DNA of 63,788 nt, counting the filler, from Octopus bimaculoides (taxonomy: Eukaryota), in NCBI RefSeq assembly GCF_001194135.2. It is 7 parts of 6 records of this genome, joined end to end, with 100 filler letters (N's around TTAATTAATTAA, not from the genome) between each part and the next. Parts side by side here need not be neighbours in the genome. Positions count along the whole stretch, not along the records: positions 1 to 15,783 come from NC_068991.1; 6 more parts are not named here. One strand, 5' to 3'. The notes beneath the pieces are model-generated. The model worked only from the letters and a program-made list of their open reading frames with translations. It did no database searches and was not told where the DNA came from. This document shows, piece after piece, positions 1-12,587 of this stretch. How positions within the stretch are numbered: position 1 is the first letter of the stretch; every line of letters begins with the position of its first letter. The position numbers and the translations under genes were made by a program.

Positions 1-224
1 ATATATATATATATATATATATATGCATATATAGATGTATATCTGTATGTGTATGTTCGTATGTGTATATATATATACACATATATACATATACATACAC
101 AGACATACACACACACACGAGCACTCAAAATACTTCAGCGAGTTAGCATTGAACCCTTTTAATGCTTACGCATGTAAGCAATTATACATGGCAATATATA
201 TGTATATATATGTGTGTTTGTGTA

Positions 225-260
<36 letters not shown>

Positions 261-283
261 CAAATATATAAATGTATGTATGC

Positions 284-351
<68 letters not shown>

Positions 352-513
352 GAGAGAGAGTGATAGACAAACGGGGAGAAATCATAGATTACACAGAGCT
401 TAAAAGTCCTCTTGTGCCCTTTCCTGACAGTTGAAATGCTATAATATACATACGTGTATATATACATACATACATACATACATACATACATACATACATA
501 CATTCATACTTAC

Positions 514-560
<47 letters not shown>
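1..560. repeat. Compound microsatellite block (TA)n/(GATA)n/(TACA)n
   Basis: Direct reading; the ORFs called here are repeat translations (YIYI, LSIY). Confidence 0.95.
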
Positions 561-1552
561 CACATATGTATGTATGAATGTATTTATATGTATATATGCA
601 AAGCATAAACATCTTTTCTTACCTTTCTAACCTTAAACAAGATATTTTAGTACTGGTACGAAAAAAAACCCCGATAATGAATAAGTAAATGTGGTAGAGG
701 TAGATATATACCCCTGCTGAGTCAAAGATAAAAGTTCCAATGAGAATTATAGAATTTGGTAAAAAAAACCTTCACTGATGTACCGTAAAGATTGTTGATA
801 AACTTCTACTGCGTGGGAGGTAAAACTCTATTGAGTATCATGCAGTTGGACTATACATATATATATATGCATAGTAATAACTAAAGGTAAGATCCAAGGA
901 TCAAGGTGTAGGAAGTTAGTAACCTTCGAGCAGTCCGTAGAAGGTACAAAAAATACAACTTTCAAGAATAATAGTGGTTTTTGATGTAGAATGTTGTAAA
1001 TATTGCCATATCGAAGTTCGATAAGCTGGAAAATAGATATTTTATAGCTAGCAGCTCCGGTTTGGTGTGTGTGCGAATAAAAATCCAACTTTAGGGAATG
1101 GAATGAATAACTACTGCTTAATTCCCTAAATTNNNNNNNNNNNNNNNNNNNNNNNNNNNNNNNNNNNNNNNNNNNNNNNNNNNNNNNNNNNNNNNNNNNN
1201 NNNNNNNNNNNNNNNNNNATATATATTATATTATATTTATATACTGAGGGTGATAAATTGAAAATTGATTTAATTAACATCAATTTAAAACCAGTGGCCT
1301 AGCATATATAAAAAATCTGAAAATTCAGAAAAATTTACGTAACTAAAAGAGTTAATGGCGAAATCTGGTCTACTATTAATTCTTTATTTTGTATATTTTC
1401 ATTTGTCTTGCCCGCTTATGTTCTGATGTTTGCTGATTTTTTTCTGGAGAACATTCTTTTCTTTGTGGTTAGATCGTAGATGATCTTTTTCTAGCATATC
1501 GGATGTCCACTTAGTGGTCATCTCTTCTTATACGCATATTATATATATATAT

Positions 1553-2380
1553 AATGGAGTTGCCTAGATCCAACACTCGTACGTAGGAAAAAAGGCAAAT
1601 TTACAGATGCGTCGATAATAATTCAAAACCTACAAGACCTAGGAGGAGAGGGCCTTCCCCCAGACAATATCAAGACGATGCATGAAAGGGGAAGGACAGC
1701 CCTGCTGCCTCGTCCTAGCCTCACATCCAGGAAGCTTGACAAGCAAGAACAAGTACTTTATTCAGTCGTGAGTACGACGTACGACAAACGCTGTTAGCTG
1801 TCTGAGCTTGGGGTGAGGAGGGCTACTCGACCCTGTTAATACTCCATTACCGTTTAAAACAAAGCTCCGCCAAACCGATGGGCAGGGTTTGGCTCAGCTC
1901 CTAATGCAGCCCAGACTACACCCTCAGCCATACTCGGCCATAGTTACAAGACCCTCTCCGATATGTGGGTCTCACCAGTCCCTCGACATGCTCAGTGTGT
2001 TTAGCATAACCGTCTGCTTCCTAAATGCCCTGTCATCAATCTGGAGCGTACGTAATGCCAAGAGCTGAAAAAGCAGAGATCGAACTGGAAAGAAACGGAA
2101 AAGACACTCAGACGTCCAGAATCAAGAACTTTACCGAAATGTCGTCGACGGCCTGATTCGAAGGTAGTGAATGGTTTAAGTCAAGTGATTTCGCTACAAT
2201 AAAATTTACCAGTAACCTTAATACACAACCTACCAAGGAACAATAAAGCAAATTGAGGAGCAATAGTTTCCTCGGTAAACAAACCAATTCAATCATGGCA
2301 GTGAGATCAATCAGAAATATTAATAAAGAAGAAAATATGTTAAACATAACCGGGGAACTTCTCTCATCAGTAACCAATCG
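1553..2380 (+). mobile_element. Unclassified GC-richer segment, possibly the 5' UTR and ORF start of a non-LTR retrotransposon
   Basis: Non-repetitive and more GC-rich than its flanks; broken + frame LRRPESRTLPKCRRRPDSKVVNGLSQVI loosely resembles the N-terminal region of REL-LINE ORFs; no diagnostic motif. Confidence 0.3.
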
Positions 2381-2484
2381 GTTTATATATATTTTATCTT
2401 AACACAAACACAAACAACACACACATGCCTATGCATAAATATATATATATGTATGTATGTATATATATATATTATGATTGACCG

Positions 2485-2690
2485 TTGACTGAACACTATT
2501 CAATTTTTTTTTTTTCTCCGTGTTTTTCTCCTTGTCTCCGTATTCTTTCTGTTGAAGAGCGTAGCTCGAAACGTCAAAGACTTTCCGTATTCCCGAGCGT
2601 CATACTAATATATACTTTTGTTATTTACACCACCTGTCCTCGTCTGTTGTTATTATTTGTATATTCTCCCATATATATATATATATATAT
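2485..2690 (+). mobile_element. Short Penelope-LTR-like element carrying a minimal hammerhead motif
   Basis: Contains the hammerhead motif at 2544-2580 in a T-rich context; related sequence on the minus strand at about 17520-17620. Confidence 0.55.
2544..2580 (+). ncRNA. Minimal type I hammerhead ribozyme motif (A6U core variant)
   Basis: TCTTT-CTGTTGA-A-GAGC(GTA)GCTC-GAAAC-GTC-AAAGA: perfect 5-bp stem I, 4-bp stem II, palindromic ACGT stem III, GUC cleavage triplet. Confidence 0.65.
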
Positions 2691-3402
2691 ATANNNNNNN
2701 NNNNNNNNNNNNNNNNNNNNNNNNNNNNNNNNNNNNNNNNNNNNNNNNNNNNNNNNNNNNNNNNNNNNNNNNNNNNNNNNNNNNNNNNNNNNNNNNNNNN
2801 NNNNNNNNNNNNNNNNNNNNNNNNNNNNNNNNNNNNNNNNNNNNNNNNNNNNNNNNNNNNNNNNNNNNNNNNNNNNNNNNNNNNNNNNNNNNNNNNNNNN
2901 NNNNNNNNNNNNNNNNNNNNNNNNNNNNNNNNNNNNNNNNNNNNNNNNNNNNNNNNNNNNNNNNNNNNNNNNNNNNNNNNNNNNNNNNNNNNNNNNNNNN
3001 NNNNNNNNNNNNNNNNNNNNNNNNNNNNNNNNNNNNNNNNNNNNNNNNNNNNNNNNNNNNNNNNNNNNNNNNNNNNNNNNNNNNNNNNNNNNNNNNNNNN
3101 NNNNNNNNNNNNNNNNNNNNNNNNNNNNNNNNNNNNNNNNNNNNNNNNNNNNNNNNNNNNNNNNNNNNNNNNNNNNNNNNNNNNNNNNNNNNNNNNNNNN
3201 NNNNNNNNNNNNNNNNNNNNNNNNNNNNNNNNNNNNNNNNNNNNNNNNNNNNNNNNNNNNNNNNNNNNNNNNNNNNNNNNNNNNNNNNNNNNNNNNNNNN
3301 NNNNNNNNNNNNNNNNNNNNNNNNNNNNNNNNNNNNNNNNNNNNNNNNNNNNNNNNNNNNNNNNNNNNNNNNNNNNNNNNNNNNNNNNNNNNNNNNNNNN
3401 NN

Positions 3403-3464
<62 letters not shown>

Positions 3465-3764
3465 AATAAGGCATAAACAACGGTCATTACATATTTTCCT
3501 TTATTGTAATAAACTTATTGAAGAAGTTTTGTCAACTTCGAACGAACGAGATGAAACAATCAACTCGCTGATAAAACTTCTTCAATAAGTTTTTAATTTG
3601 AATGTACCAAGCAAAGGATAACACTCTAAAATGATCGAAATTTTTGGACAATATAGATAAACGATGTAGTTTTGAGAAGTTCTCTCTTTAAAATGAACAG
3701 TTAAAGACAAAAAAAACCATGTTTCGGTTTTTTTAAATCTCTTCAGCAATACTATATAATATAT

Positions 3765-4086
3765 ATCATTTGGTGATGCCTATATTATCAGCGTTGTTTC
3801 CCGGATTCATCGGGTGTTTCGGAGCCTCCACAGTAAGGCACCATCAAACGAGCAACTCAGCCAAACCTAATCGAATACTAGCATGTATGCAGTTAACATT
3901 ACTTCAGTTCCCTCTGCCCATTGCAGATCTGACACTTCATAATCCACGACCATTCTCAGGCAACCACTGCTGACCCAATAACTAGCATGAAGGCCTTCTG
4001 TTTTTCTATGTCGTAGTTTCTGCAGAGGGACTGGCTTGTGAGCCGTTTACATCTTACCTCAATGGGATCACACCTGGCTTGCCACC
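3765..4086 (-). mobile_element. HERO/R2-group REL-LINE 3' end, degenerate
   Basis: Minus translation GWQARCDPIEVRCKRLTSQSLCR...KQKAFMLVIGSAVVA*EWSWIMK resembles the HERO C-terminus (PIEVGCRGF...AAEVASRWLW); 3' UTR GAAACACCCGATGAATCCGGG...CTGATAAT is HERO-like. Confidence 0.7.
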
Positions 4087-6304
4087 CATATACATACATG
4101 CATATATACATGTATATATATATATATATATATNNNNNNNNNNNNNNNNNNNNNNNNNNNNNNNNNNNNNNNNNNNNNNNNNNNNNNNNNNNNNNNNNNN
4201 NNNNNNNNNNNNNNNNNNNNNNNNNNNNNNNNNNNNNNNNNNNNNNNNNNNNNNNNNNNNNNNNNNNNNNNNNNNNNNNNNNNNNNNNNNNNNNNNNNNN
4301 NNNNNNNNNNNNNNNNNNNNNNNNNNNNNNNNNNNNNNNNNNNNNNNNNNNNNNNNNNNNNNNNNNNNNNNNNNNNNNNNNNNNNNNNNNNNNNNNNNNN
4401 NNNNNNNNNNNNNNNNNNNNNNNNNNNNNNNNNNNNNNNNNNNNNNNNNNNNNNNNNNNNNNNNNNNNNNNNNNNNNNNNNNNNNNNNNNNNNNNNNNNN
4501 NNNNNNNNNNNNNNNNNNNNNNNNNNNNNNNNNNNNNNNNNNNNNNNNNNNNNNNNNNNNNNNNNNNNNNNNNNNNNNNNNNNNNNNNNNNNNNNNNNNN
4601 NNNNNNNNNNNNNNNNNNNNNNNNNNNNNNNNNNNNNNNNNNNNNNNNNNNNNNNNNNNNNNNNNNNNNNNNNNNNNNNNNNNNNNNNNNNNNNNNNNNN
4701 NNNNNNNNNNNNNNNNNNNNNNNNNNNNNNNNNNNNNNNNNNNNNNNNNNNNNNNNNNNNNNNNNNNNNNNNNNNNNNNNNNNNNNNNNNNNNNNNNNNN
4801 NNNNNNNNNNNNNNNNNNNNNNNNNNNNNNNNNATATATATATATATATAGTGTTCAGTATATCACGACGCATTCGTGGACACACCATGCATATTAAATG
4901 CGAAGAAACATCCTTTTTATAGCAGCAGATGGTCAAAGAAACTCTCTCGGCACATAAATCTTGCAGAAAGTCACACTATATGAAAGATTTTTGTCAAGAC
5001 TAGAAAACAAAAAAAAACTATCAAAAGCAAACACAAAAAGAGAGAGAGAAAACATATGAAGAATACAAACAAACAAACGAATAAACAAAAGTGGTAAACA
5101 AGAAAAAAACACAAGAAATTTCATATTGCGATCCTAAATCATATTGAAATAACTTCCTTCTTCTGTAAAGTACCCTGGGGAAACTAGCAAATTGTTAATG
5201 GATGCCTGTGTTTCGTGGATGCTTAAGTTTAGGCGAGAATATATATTCTGTTTTCTTACGTTGGCGTATTATAATCCACACTGTACGCGCGCGAACACAA
5301 CGCAATGATATATATATATAATGATTATACATATATGCATATATGTATGCACATATATATATATATATATATANNNNNNNNNNNNNNNNNNNNNNNNNNN
5401 NNNNNNNNNNNNNNNNNNNNNNNNNNNNNNNNNNNNNNNNNNNNNNNNNNNNNNNNNNNNNNNNNNNNNNNNNNNNNNNNNNNNNNNNNNNNNNNNNNNN
5501 NNNNNNNNNNNNNNNNNNNNNNNNNNNNNNNNNNNNNNNNNNNNNNNNNNNNNNNNNNNNNNNNNNNNNNNNNNNNNNNNNNNNNNNNNNNNNNNNNNNN
5601 NNNNNNNNNNNNNNNNNNNNNNNNNNNNNNNNNNNNNNNNNNNNNNNNNNNNNNNNNNNNNNNNNNNNNNNNNNNNNNNNNNNNNNNNNNNNNNNNNNNN
5701 NNNNNNNNNNNNNNNNNNNNNNNNNNNNNNNNNNNNNNNNNNNNNNNNNNNNNNNNNNNNNNNNNNNNNNNNNNNNNNNNNNNNNNNNNNNNNNNNNNNN
5801 NNNNNNNNNNNNNNNNNNNNNNNNNNNNNNNNNNNNNNNNNNNNNNNNNNNNNNNNNNNNNNNNNNNNNNNNNNNNNNNNNNNNNNNNNNNNNNNNNNNN
5901 NNNNNNNNNNNNNNNNNNNNNNNNNNNNNNNNNNNNNNNNNNNNNNNNNNNNNNNNNNNNNNNNNNNNNNNNNNNNNNNNNNNNNNNNNNNNNNNNNNNN
6001 NNNNNNNNNNNNNNNNNNNNNNNNNNNNNNNNNNNNNNNNNNNNNNNNNNNNNNNNNNNNNNNNNNNNNNNNNNNNNNNNNNNNNNNNNNNNNNNNNNNN
6101 NNNNNNNNNNNNNNNNNNNNNNNNNNNNNNNNNNNNNNNNNNNNNNNNNNNNNNNNNNNNNNNNNNNNNNNNNNNNNNNNNNNNNNNNNNNNNNNNNNNN
6201 NNNNNNNNNNNNNNNNNNNNNNNNNNNNNNNNNNNNNNNNNNNNNNNNNNNNNNNNNNNNNNNNNNNNNNNNNNNNNNNNNNNNNNNNNNNNNNNNNNNN
6301 NNNN

Positions 6305-6395
6305 CGATGAATTAAGTACCAGTGAAACACTGGGGTCGATGTAATAGACTAATCCCCTCCCTCAAAATGGCTGCCCTTGTGGAAAAAATTGAAAC

Positions 6396-6457
<62 letters not shown>

Positions 6458-6482
6458 CATTATTATTATTATTATTATTATT
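6305..6482 (+). mobile_element. tRNA-derived SINE family A, 3' part with (ATT)n tail
   Basis: AAGTACCAGTGAAACACTGGGGTCGATGTAAT matches the reverse complement of the copies at 8204, 22390, 31190 and 37696. Confidence 0.8.
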
Positions 6483-6546
6483 TAGTTGCTGAGTCTGGAG
6501 CATGGGATGTAAGCCTTACGAGACCGGCAAGATTGATGCAGTTAAT

Positions 6547-6720
6547 CACCATCACCATCACCACGATCATCATCATCATCATCATCATCGTCATCATCAT
6601 CATCATCATCGTTCTAACGTCCACTTTTCCATACTTGCATGGGTTGGACGGAGCATATTGAGGCAGATTTTCCGTAGCTGAATGCCTTCCCTATCATCTA
6701 CCTCTCCTGTCACCAAGTCA
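6547..6720 (-). mobile_element. Retroposon 3' end with (GAT)n tail (RTE-type tail or SINE)
   Basis: Minus strand ends ...CCAACCCATGCAAGTATGGAAAAGTGGACGTTAGAAC(GAT)n. Confidence 0.55.
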
Positions 6721-7121
6721 ATGCTTCGTTTAAGCTGTTGCAGTTCAGCGCCAGACAAGGAAGTACACGAGCAGAAAAAGATTGAAAAAGAACTCTTAAA
6801 AATGTCTTTAGATTAAATTTTCTCAAAAATATAAGAAAACAGAAAGCGAAAAAGAGTGAAAGTGAGAGAAAAGGATATCTAGCATGAATGACAAAACGAT
6901 AAAAGAAGTACAGAAAAAAGACCAAAAAATACCAGAAAGAATTGAAGAAGAATACAGCGGTTGGGAAGAGAAAGAAACAAAAAGGATTTTTTAAAATTAA
7001 TATAGAAGAGATGGGAAAGAGAAATATTGAATTTCAACTTTATCTAAATTTTATGACGTCCTTTTAATTCATAATAAAGGCCATAACAAACGTCTGGTCA
7101 AAGATCTCCATTTACTCCCGT

Positions 7122-7208
7122 TTCTTCTTCTTCTTCTTCTTCTTCTTCTTCTTCTTCTTCTTCTTCTTCTTCTTCTTCTTCTTCTTCTTCTTCTTCTTCT
7201 TCTTCTTC
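7122..7208. repeat. (TTC)n microsatellite
   Basis: Direct reading. Confidence 0.95.
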
Positions 7209-8203
7209 TATAAATATTTTATTTATATTATTTGAATAGTAGGATACGTTATTTGAATTTATAAGACCTGAAGNNNNNNNNNNNNNNNNNNNNNNNNNNN
7301 NNNNNNNNNNNNNNNNNNNNNNNNNNNNNNNNNNNNNNNNNNNNNNNNNNNNNNNNNNNNNNNNNNNNNNNNNNNNNNNNNNNNNNNNNNNNNNNNNNNN
7401 NNNNNNNNNNNNNNNNNNNNNNNNNNNNNNNNNNNNNNNNNNNNNNNNNNNNNNNNNNNNNNNNNNNNNNNNNNNNNNNNNNNNNNNNNNNNNNNNNNNN
7501 NNNNNNNNNNNNNNNNNNNNNNNNNNNNNNNNNNNNNNNNNNNNNNNNNNNNNNNNNNNNNNNNNNNNNNNNNNNNNNNNNNNNNNNNNNNNNNNNNNNN
7601 NNNNNNNNNNNNNNNNNNNNNNNNNNNNNNNNNNNNNNNNNNNNNNNNNNNNNNNNNNNNNNNNNNNNNNNNNNNNNNNNNNNNNNNNNNNNNNNNNNNN
7701 NNNNNNNNNNNNNNNNNNNNNNNNNNNNNNNNNNNNNNNNNNNNNNNNNNNNNNNNNNNNNNNNNNNNNNNNNNNNNNNNNNNNNNNNNNNNNNNNNNNN
7801 NNNNNNNNNNNNNNNNNNNNNNNNNNNNNNNNNNNNNNNNNNNNNNNNNNNNNNNNNNNNNNNNNNNNNNNNNNNNNNNNNNNNNNNNNNNNNNNNNNNN
7901 NNNNNNNNNNNNNNNNNNNNNNNNNNNNNNNNNNNNNNNNNNNNNNNNNNNNNNNNNNNNNNNNNNNNNNNNNNNNNNNNNNNNNNNNNNNNNNNNNNNN
8001 NNNNNNNNNNNNNNNNNNNNNNNNNNNNNNNNNNNNNNNNNNNNNNNNNNNNNNNNNNNNNNNNNNNNNNNNNNNNNNNNNNNNNNNNNNNNNNNNNNNN
8101 NNNNNNNNNNNNNNNNNNNNTGTGTGTGTGTGTGTGTGTGTGTGTGTACTCAGTACACGAAATACAGAAATTGCTAATACAGAGAAACACTGAATATATT
8201 ATC

Positions 8204-8418
8204 GGCTTCAAATTTGAGCGCAAACCAGAAAGTTCAGGGATAGAGGGATAAGTCGATTACGACGACTCAGTGCTCAGCTGTTACTTATTTTTATTGACCC
8301 CAAAAGAATAAAACGCAAAGTCGACCTCGGCGGAATTTGAACTCAGAACGTAAAGACGGAAAAAATACTGCTAAGCATTTCGCCCGGCATGTTAACGTTT
8401 CTGCCAGCTCACCGTCTT
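8204..8418 (-). mobile_element. tRNA-derived SINE family A, near full length
   Basis: Minus strand has A-box-like TGGCAGAAACGTT and B-box GAGTTCAAATTCC; matches other copies in the window. Confidence 0.85.
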
Positions 8419-8543
8419 GAAATACTGCATTTCGATCGATTCCCTAACGATTCTGCTTCTCCAGAAGCATTAACACCGAACGTAGTATTGAAGAATACTT
8501 TTTAATAATGGTGTTATAGTGCCATTTTTCGGATCCTCGAAAT

Positions 8544-8712
8544 AGTATACTTGAATGTATGTATGCATACATGCATGCATGCATGTATGTATGTATGTAT
8601 GCATGTATGTATGTATGTATGCATGCATGTATGTATGAATGTATGTATGCACGTATGTAATGTATGTATATATATATATATATATATATACATGTGTGCG
8701 TGTGTATGTACA

Positions 8713-8759
<47 letters not shown>

Positions 8760-9236
8760 GCATGTATGTATAACCAAAGAATGTAATAAAGAAGTAAAAA
8801 GAGACCACATAGAATGTAATATATGTATATTTATGTATGTGTGTATAGGTACGTATATATATGCATATATATATATATANNNNNNNNNNNNNNNNNNNNN
8901 NNNNNNNNNNNNNNNNNNNNNNNNNNNNNNNNNNNNNNNNNNNNNNNNNNNNNNNNNNNNNNNNNNNNNNNNNNNNNNNNNNNNNNNNNNNNNNNNNNNN
9001 NNNNNNNNNNNNNNNNNNNNNNNNNNNNNNNNNNNNNNNNNNNNNNNNNNNNNNNNNNNNNNNNNNNNNNNNNNNNNNNNNNNNNNNNNNNNNNNNNNNN
9101 NNNNNNNNNNNNNNNNNNNNNNNNNNNNNNNNNNNNNNNNNNNNNNNNNNNNNNNNNNNNNNNNNNNNNNNNNNCTGTAGTGTGTGTGTGTGTGCGTGTG
9201 TAAAGAGAAAAACAAATAGATAGATAGATAGATAGT

Positions 9237-9297
<61 letters not shown>
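8544..9297. repeat. (ATGT)n/(TA)n/(GATA)n microsatellites around an N gap
   Basis: Direct reading. Confidence 0.9.
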
Positions 9298-10145
9298 CTT
9301 CATTCCTCCCCCCGCTCCCACCTTCCATTCAAGAGTGACTAGAAGAATATAATACTTATACGGAGACAAATGTCTTGAGACTCTTACTTTTTACTAATCC
9401 ACCCGGATCGATTGTAGCACTGGCATGCAGGGCGATGGGTGTGGGTAGGAACTGAAAGTTGACTGAGTGTGTAAAAGTAGAAGGTGGGTGGAAGAAAGTG
9501 GAAATCGCATTGGTAGTGGTGGTGGTGGTGGTGACGATGGCGATGATGGTGGTGATTATAGGTGGTGGTGGTGGTGGTGGCGGCGGTGGAAACGAAGCGT
9601 GCACCGACACGAAGAAGAGGGAGATGGAAAAAGGAGAAAGCGATGGAGAACACCAGTGAATGCAACAGCAGGAGACTGTCAATCTATGTAAGAGCTAATT
9701 TTCAATATTCTTTGCAGCATTAGATAATCTACTTAAAACCAATTCCGAACTTCAATCGGCACCTGCCAAACATGTACTTTAAGAAGGAAATATTTTCTTT
9801 AATGCCAACTAAAATCACTAACTATGAAACAGAAAGCAAATACAAATATAATAAACGCAGCTACTATCCTTACCTAACAATATCATGTATGTGTTTGTGC
9901 GTGTATTTGTGTGGGTGTATACATATGTATGTAAACACATATACATATGTAATAAATACATATTTATGCGTATGTAACGTGTATGTGTATAAGTGTGTAT
10001 GTGTGTATGCTTCTATGGTTAATAATTCATGCAACAAACAGCGTGTGATCAATATTTTGAATTGTACATTAAGGTATATTTTTTGTGAATATCACAAAGT
10101 TTTTAGACATCACTGTCTCTCACTCTTTCTGTCTCTCTCCCTATC

Positions 10146-10221
<76 letters not shown>

Positions 10222-10470
10222 ACTCTCTTTCTCTCGGATTTACCCTCGAGATTTCTTCAGCTGAGAAACCACACTTACTTTCGTCTCTCCATGGAAAGAG
10301 ATATATAGTTTATACTTATATATAGCTGCTAAATATGACTTCACAAAATCGCTCTGTCCGATTTGCATGAACAGCGCGTTTGCTTACGACGTAATGTATT
10401 TAATTATCGTTGCACTAAACACTAAACTCCATATTTTGAAGTATACACTACGTATTATGCACCCCAAAAT

Positions 10471-10665
10471 CTTTTATCTCTTACTTGTTTCAGTCATTGG
10501 ACTGCAGCCATGCTGAGGTACCGCCTTGAAGGAGTTAGTAAAAAAAAATTTACAGCACGGCTTATTCTTTAAAGTCTGGCACTTATCCTATCAGTCTTTT
10601 TTACCAATCCGCTAAGTTACGTAGACGTAAACATAGCAACACGTTGTTAAGCGATGGTTGGAGAT
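10471..10665 (-). mobile_element. SINE family B (CORE-like), 3' half
   Basis: TTACTTGTTTCAGTCATTGGACTGCAGCCATGCTG is the reverse complement of the 3' end of the 11247 and 57517 copies. Confidence 0.8.
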
Positions 10666-10722
10666 GAACATACATACACATACACATACATACACAAACA
10701 CATGCACACACATACATTTACA

Positions 10723-10783
<61 letters not shown>

Positions 10784-12500
10784 GGATCTAGGGGAATTCG
10801 CCGTAAGGCATTTTGCCGTAGGACAATTGGCCGTAGGACTATTCGCCGTGAGACAATTCACCGTGCGGATATTTCGCTGCAAGGACATTTTGTAGTAAAG
10901 CATAAGAAGAGAAGGATAAAAAATAAAAATGAAAATAATGAAGGTCATACAGTTATTTAAAAAGTTAAGCTGAAAAACTAAAAAACGATAAAAATCATGT
11001 AAGTTCATTGCAATTGCACGCAAATGATGTTGGTTTTGATTTTGATCGTAGCCTCTGATAATGCTTAGTATGCGCTTATAAACATCTTTGTATTTTTTGT
11101 TGGTTTCTCCTCCTGTTGCATCGTTTACGTTCTTTTTAGAAAGAGATTCTTCATTTCTCAAGACATTGATAAGTTTCTGTAAATTTAAAAGAGTATTTGT
11201 AACAGATGCTTTCAGCGCATTATGGAAACCTTCTACTTCATTGATGGTCAGGAGTGACTGCGTGGTAAGTAGCTTGCTTACCAGCCACATGGTTCCCGGT
11301 TCGTTCCCACTGCGTGGCACCTTAGGCAAGTGTCTTCTACTATAGCCTCGGGCCGACCAAAGCCTTGTGAGTGGATTTGGTAGACAGAAACTGAAAGAAG
11401 CCCGTCGCATATATGTGTATATATGTATATATGTGTGTGTGTATATGTTTGTGTATCTGTGTTTGTCCCCCCACATCGCTTGACAACCGATGGTGGTGTG
11501 TTTACATCCCCGTAACTTAGCGGTTCGGCAAAAAGAGACCTATAGAATAAGTACTAGGCATCTAAAGAATAAGTCCTGGGGTCGATCTGCTCGACTAAAG
11601 GCGGTGCTCCAGCATGGCCGCAGTCAAATGACTGAAACAAGTAAAAGCGTAAAAGAGTAAAAGAGGGCATTCGCCAACTGATTTAGGGTTCTTTCATACG
11701 TATTCCAAAGACCTATAGGAAAAGTAGGGGGATCTCTGCGACTCCGAGCTCCCTTGCCTCTCTCCCCACCAATGGAATGCGTTTCAAAATATACCACAAA
11801 TTCTTGTGGCAAGTCATCGTCGTCCACAAGCTCTATAAATGCATCGATGGTGTCTGGAGGCGGGATGAATGAAATACCACAAGGCACTTTACTTTTGCGT
11901 TAAAATCACAATCAATTTGATCTCGCACCTTAATCCTAATATCTGCCACCTTTCTGTAAACATTTTTACAGAAATGAAAAAAAAAAAAAAGAAAAAACAG
12001 CCTGTTACATTTACAGATGGAAAATTGTCAGAAAAACTTAGAAAACTAACTTGTTCAAAATCAATCATTAGATTTTCAGGTTTTAGGGACTCGATCGAAT
12101 CTTTAACCTTTTGAAAAAGCCTGTTGTATGTGTCAAGAGTCTTATTCGGAAGGAAACCGTAAATTCGTGGGATGCATGCATATCCTATGTTGACATGTAG
12201 AGTATATAACTGATAATAAACTTCAGGACAAACCTTAAATGTTCCATCGTATGCCCAATTCTTATGTATTTCTAGATCGTACAGCCCGGCAGTCGTACCA
12301 AAAATCAACATTCTGTTTTCGTCTTCCACCCAACTATCGTAGAGTAAAAATCTTTCTCTGTTCTGTAGACACGACGTAAATTCTTGGATCCACTCGGATA
12401 CTCCGGAAGGTGCTCGAAAAATAAGAGGCGTTACCTTAGTTCACTGGTAGTGAACAGCTGACACCGTAGTACATCTCCAGCGTTAGAAGCTGTGCAAAGG
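10784..12500 (-). mobile_element. Mutator-like (MULE) DNA transposon with pseudogenised transposase and one terminal repeat region
   Basis: Minus frames give FLLYDS, AYDGTFKVCP (D1), MIDFE (D2), GCFF/FH (CxxH, frameshifted by an expanded T run) and NEVEGFHNAL (E). 15-bp tandem subterminal units at 10791-10881. Interrupted by a SINE at 11247-11660. Confidence 0.85.
11247..11660 (+). mobile_element. SINE family B (tRNA head plus CORE-like domain), full length, nested in the MULE
   Basis: tRNA-like head (GTGGTAAG...GGTTCGTTCCC), CORE-like GGCACCTTAGGCAAGTGTCTT, internal (TATG/TG)n, 3' GACTGAAACAAGTAAAAG. Confidence 0.9.
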
Positions 12501-12587
12501 CAATAATAATAATAATAATAATAATGATGATGATGATGATAATATTCAAACGAACAAGAAGTTAGAAAATAATAGACTGGACATGTT

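Noticed and set aside
3711-3752. Minus-strand CTGAAGA...GAAAC-ATG-GTT
   Set aside because: Stem I is absent and stem II is mismatched; it is not counted as a ribozyme.
10791-10881. CRISPR-like array
   Set aside because: The units are contiguous 15-mers without spacers, in a eukaryotic transposon terminus.
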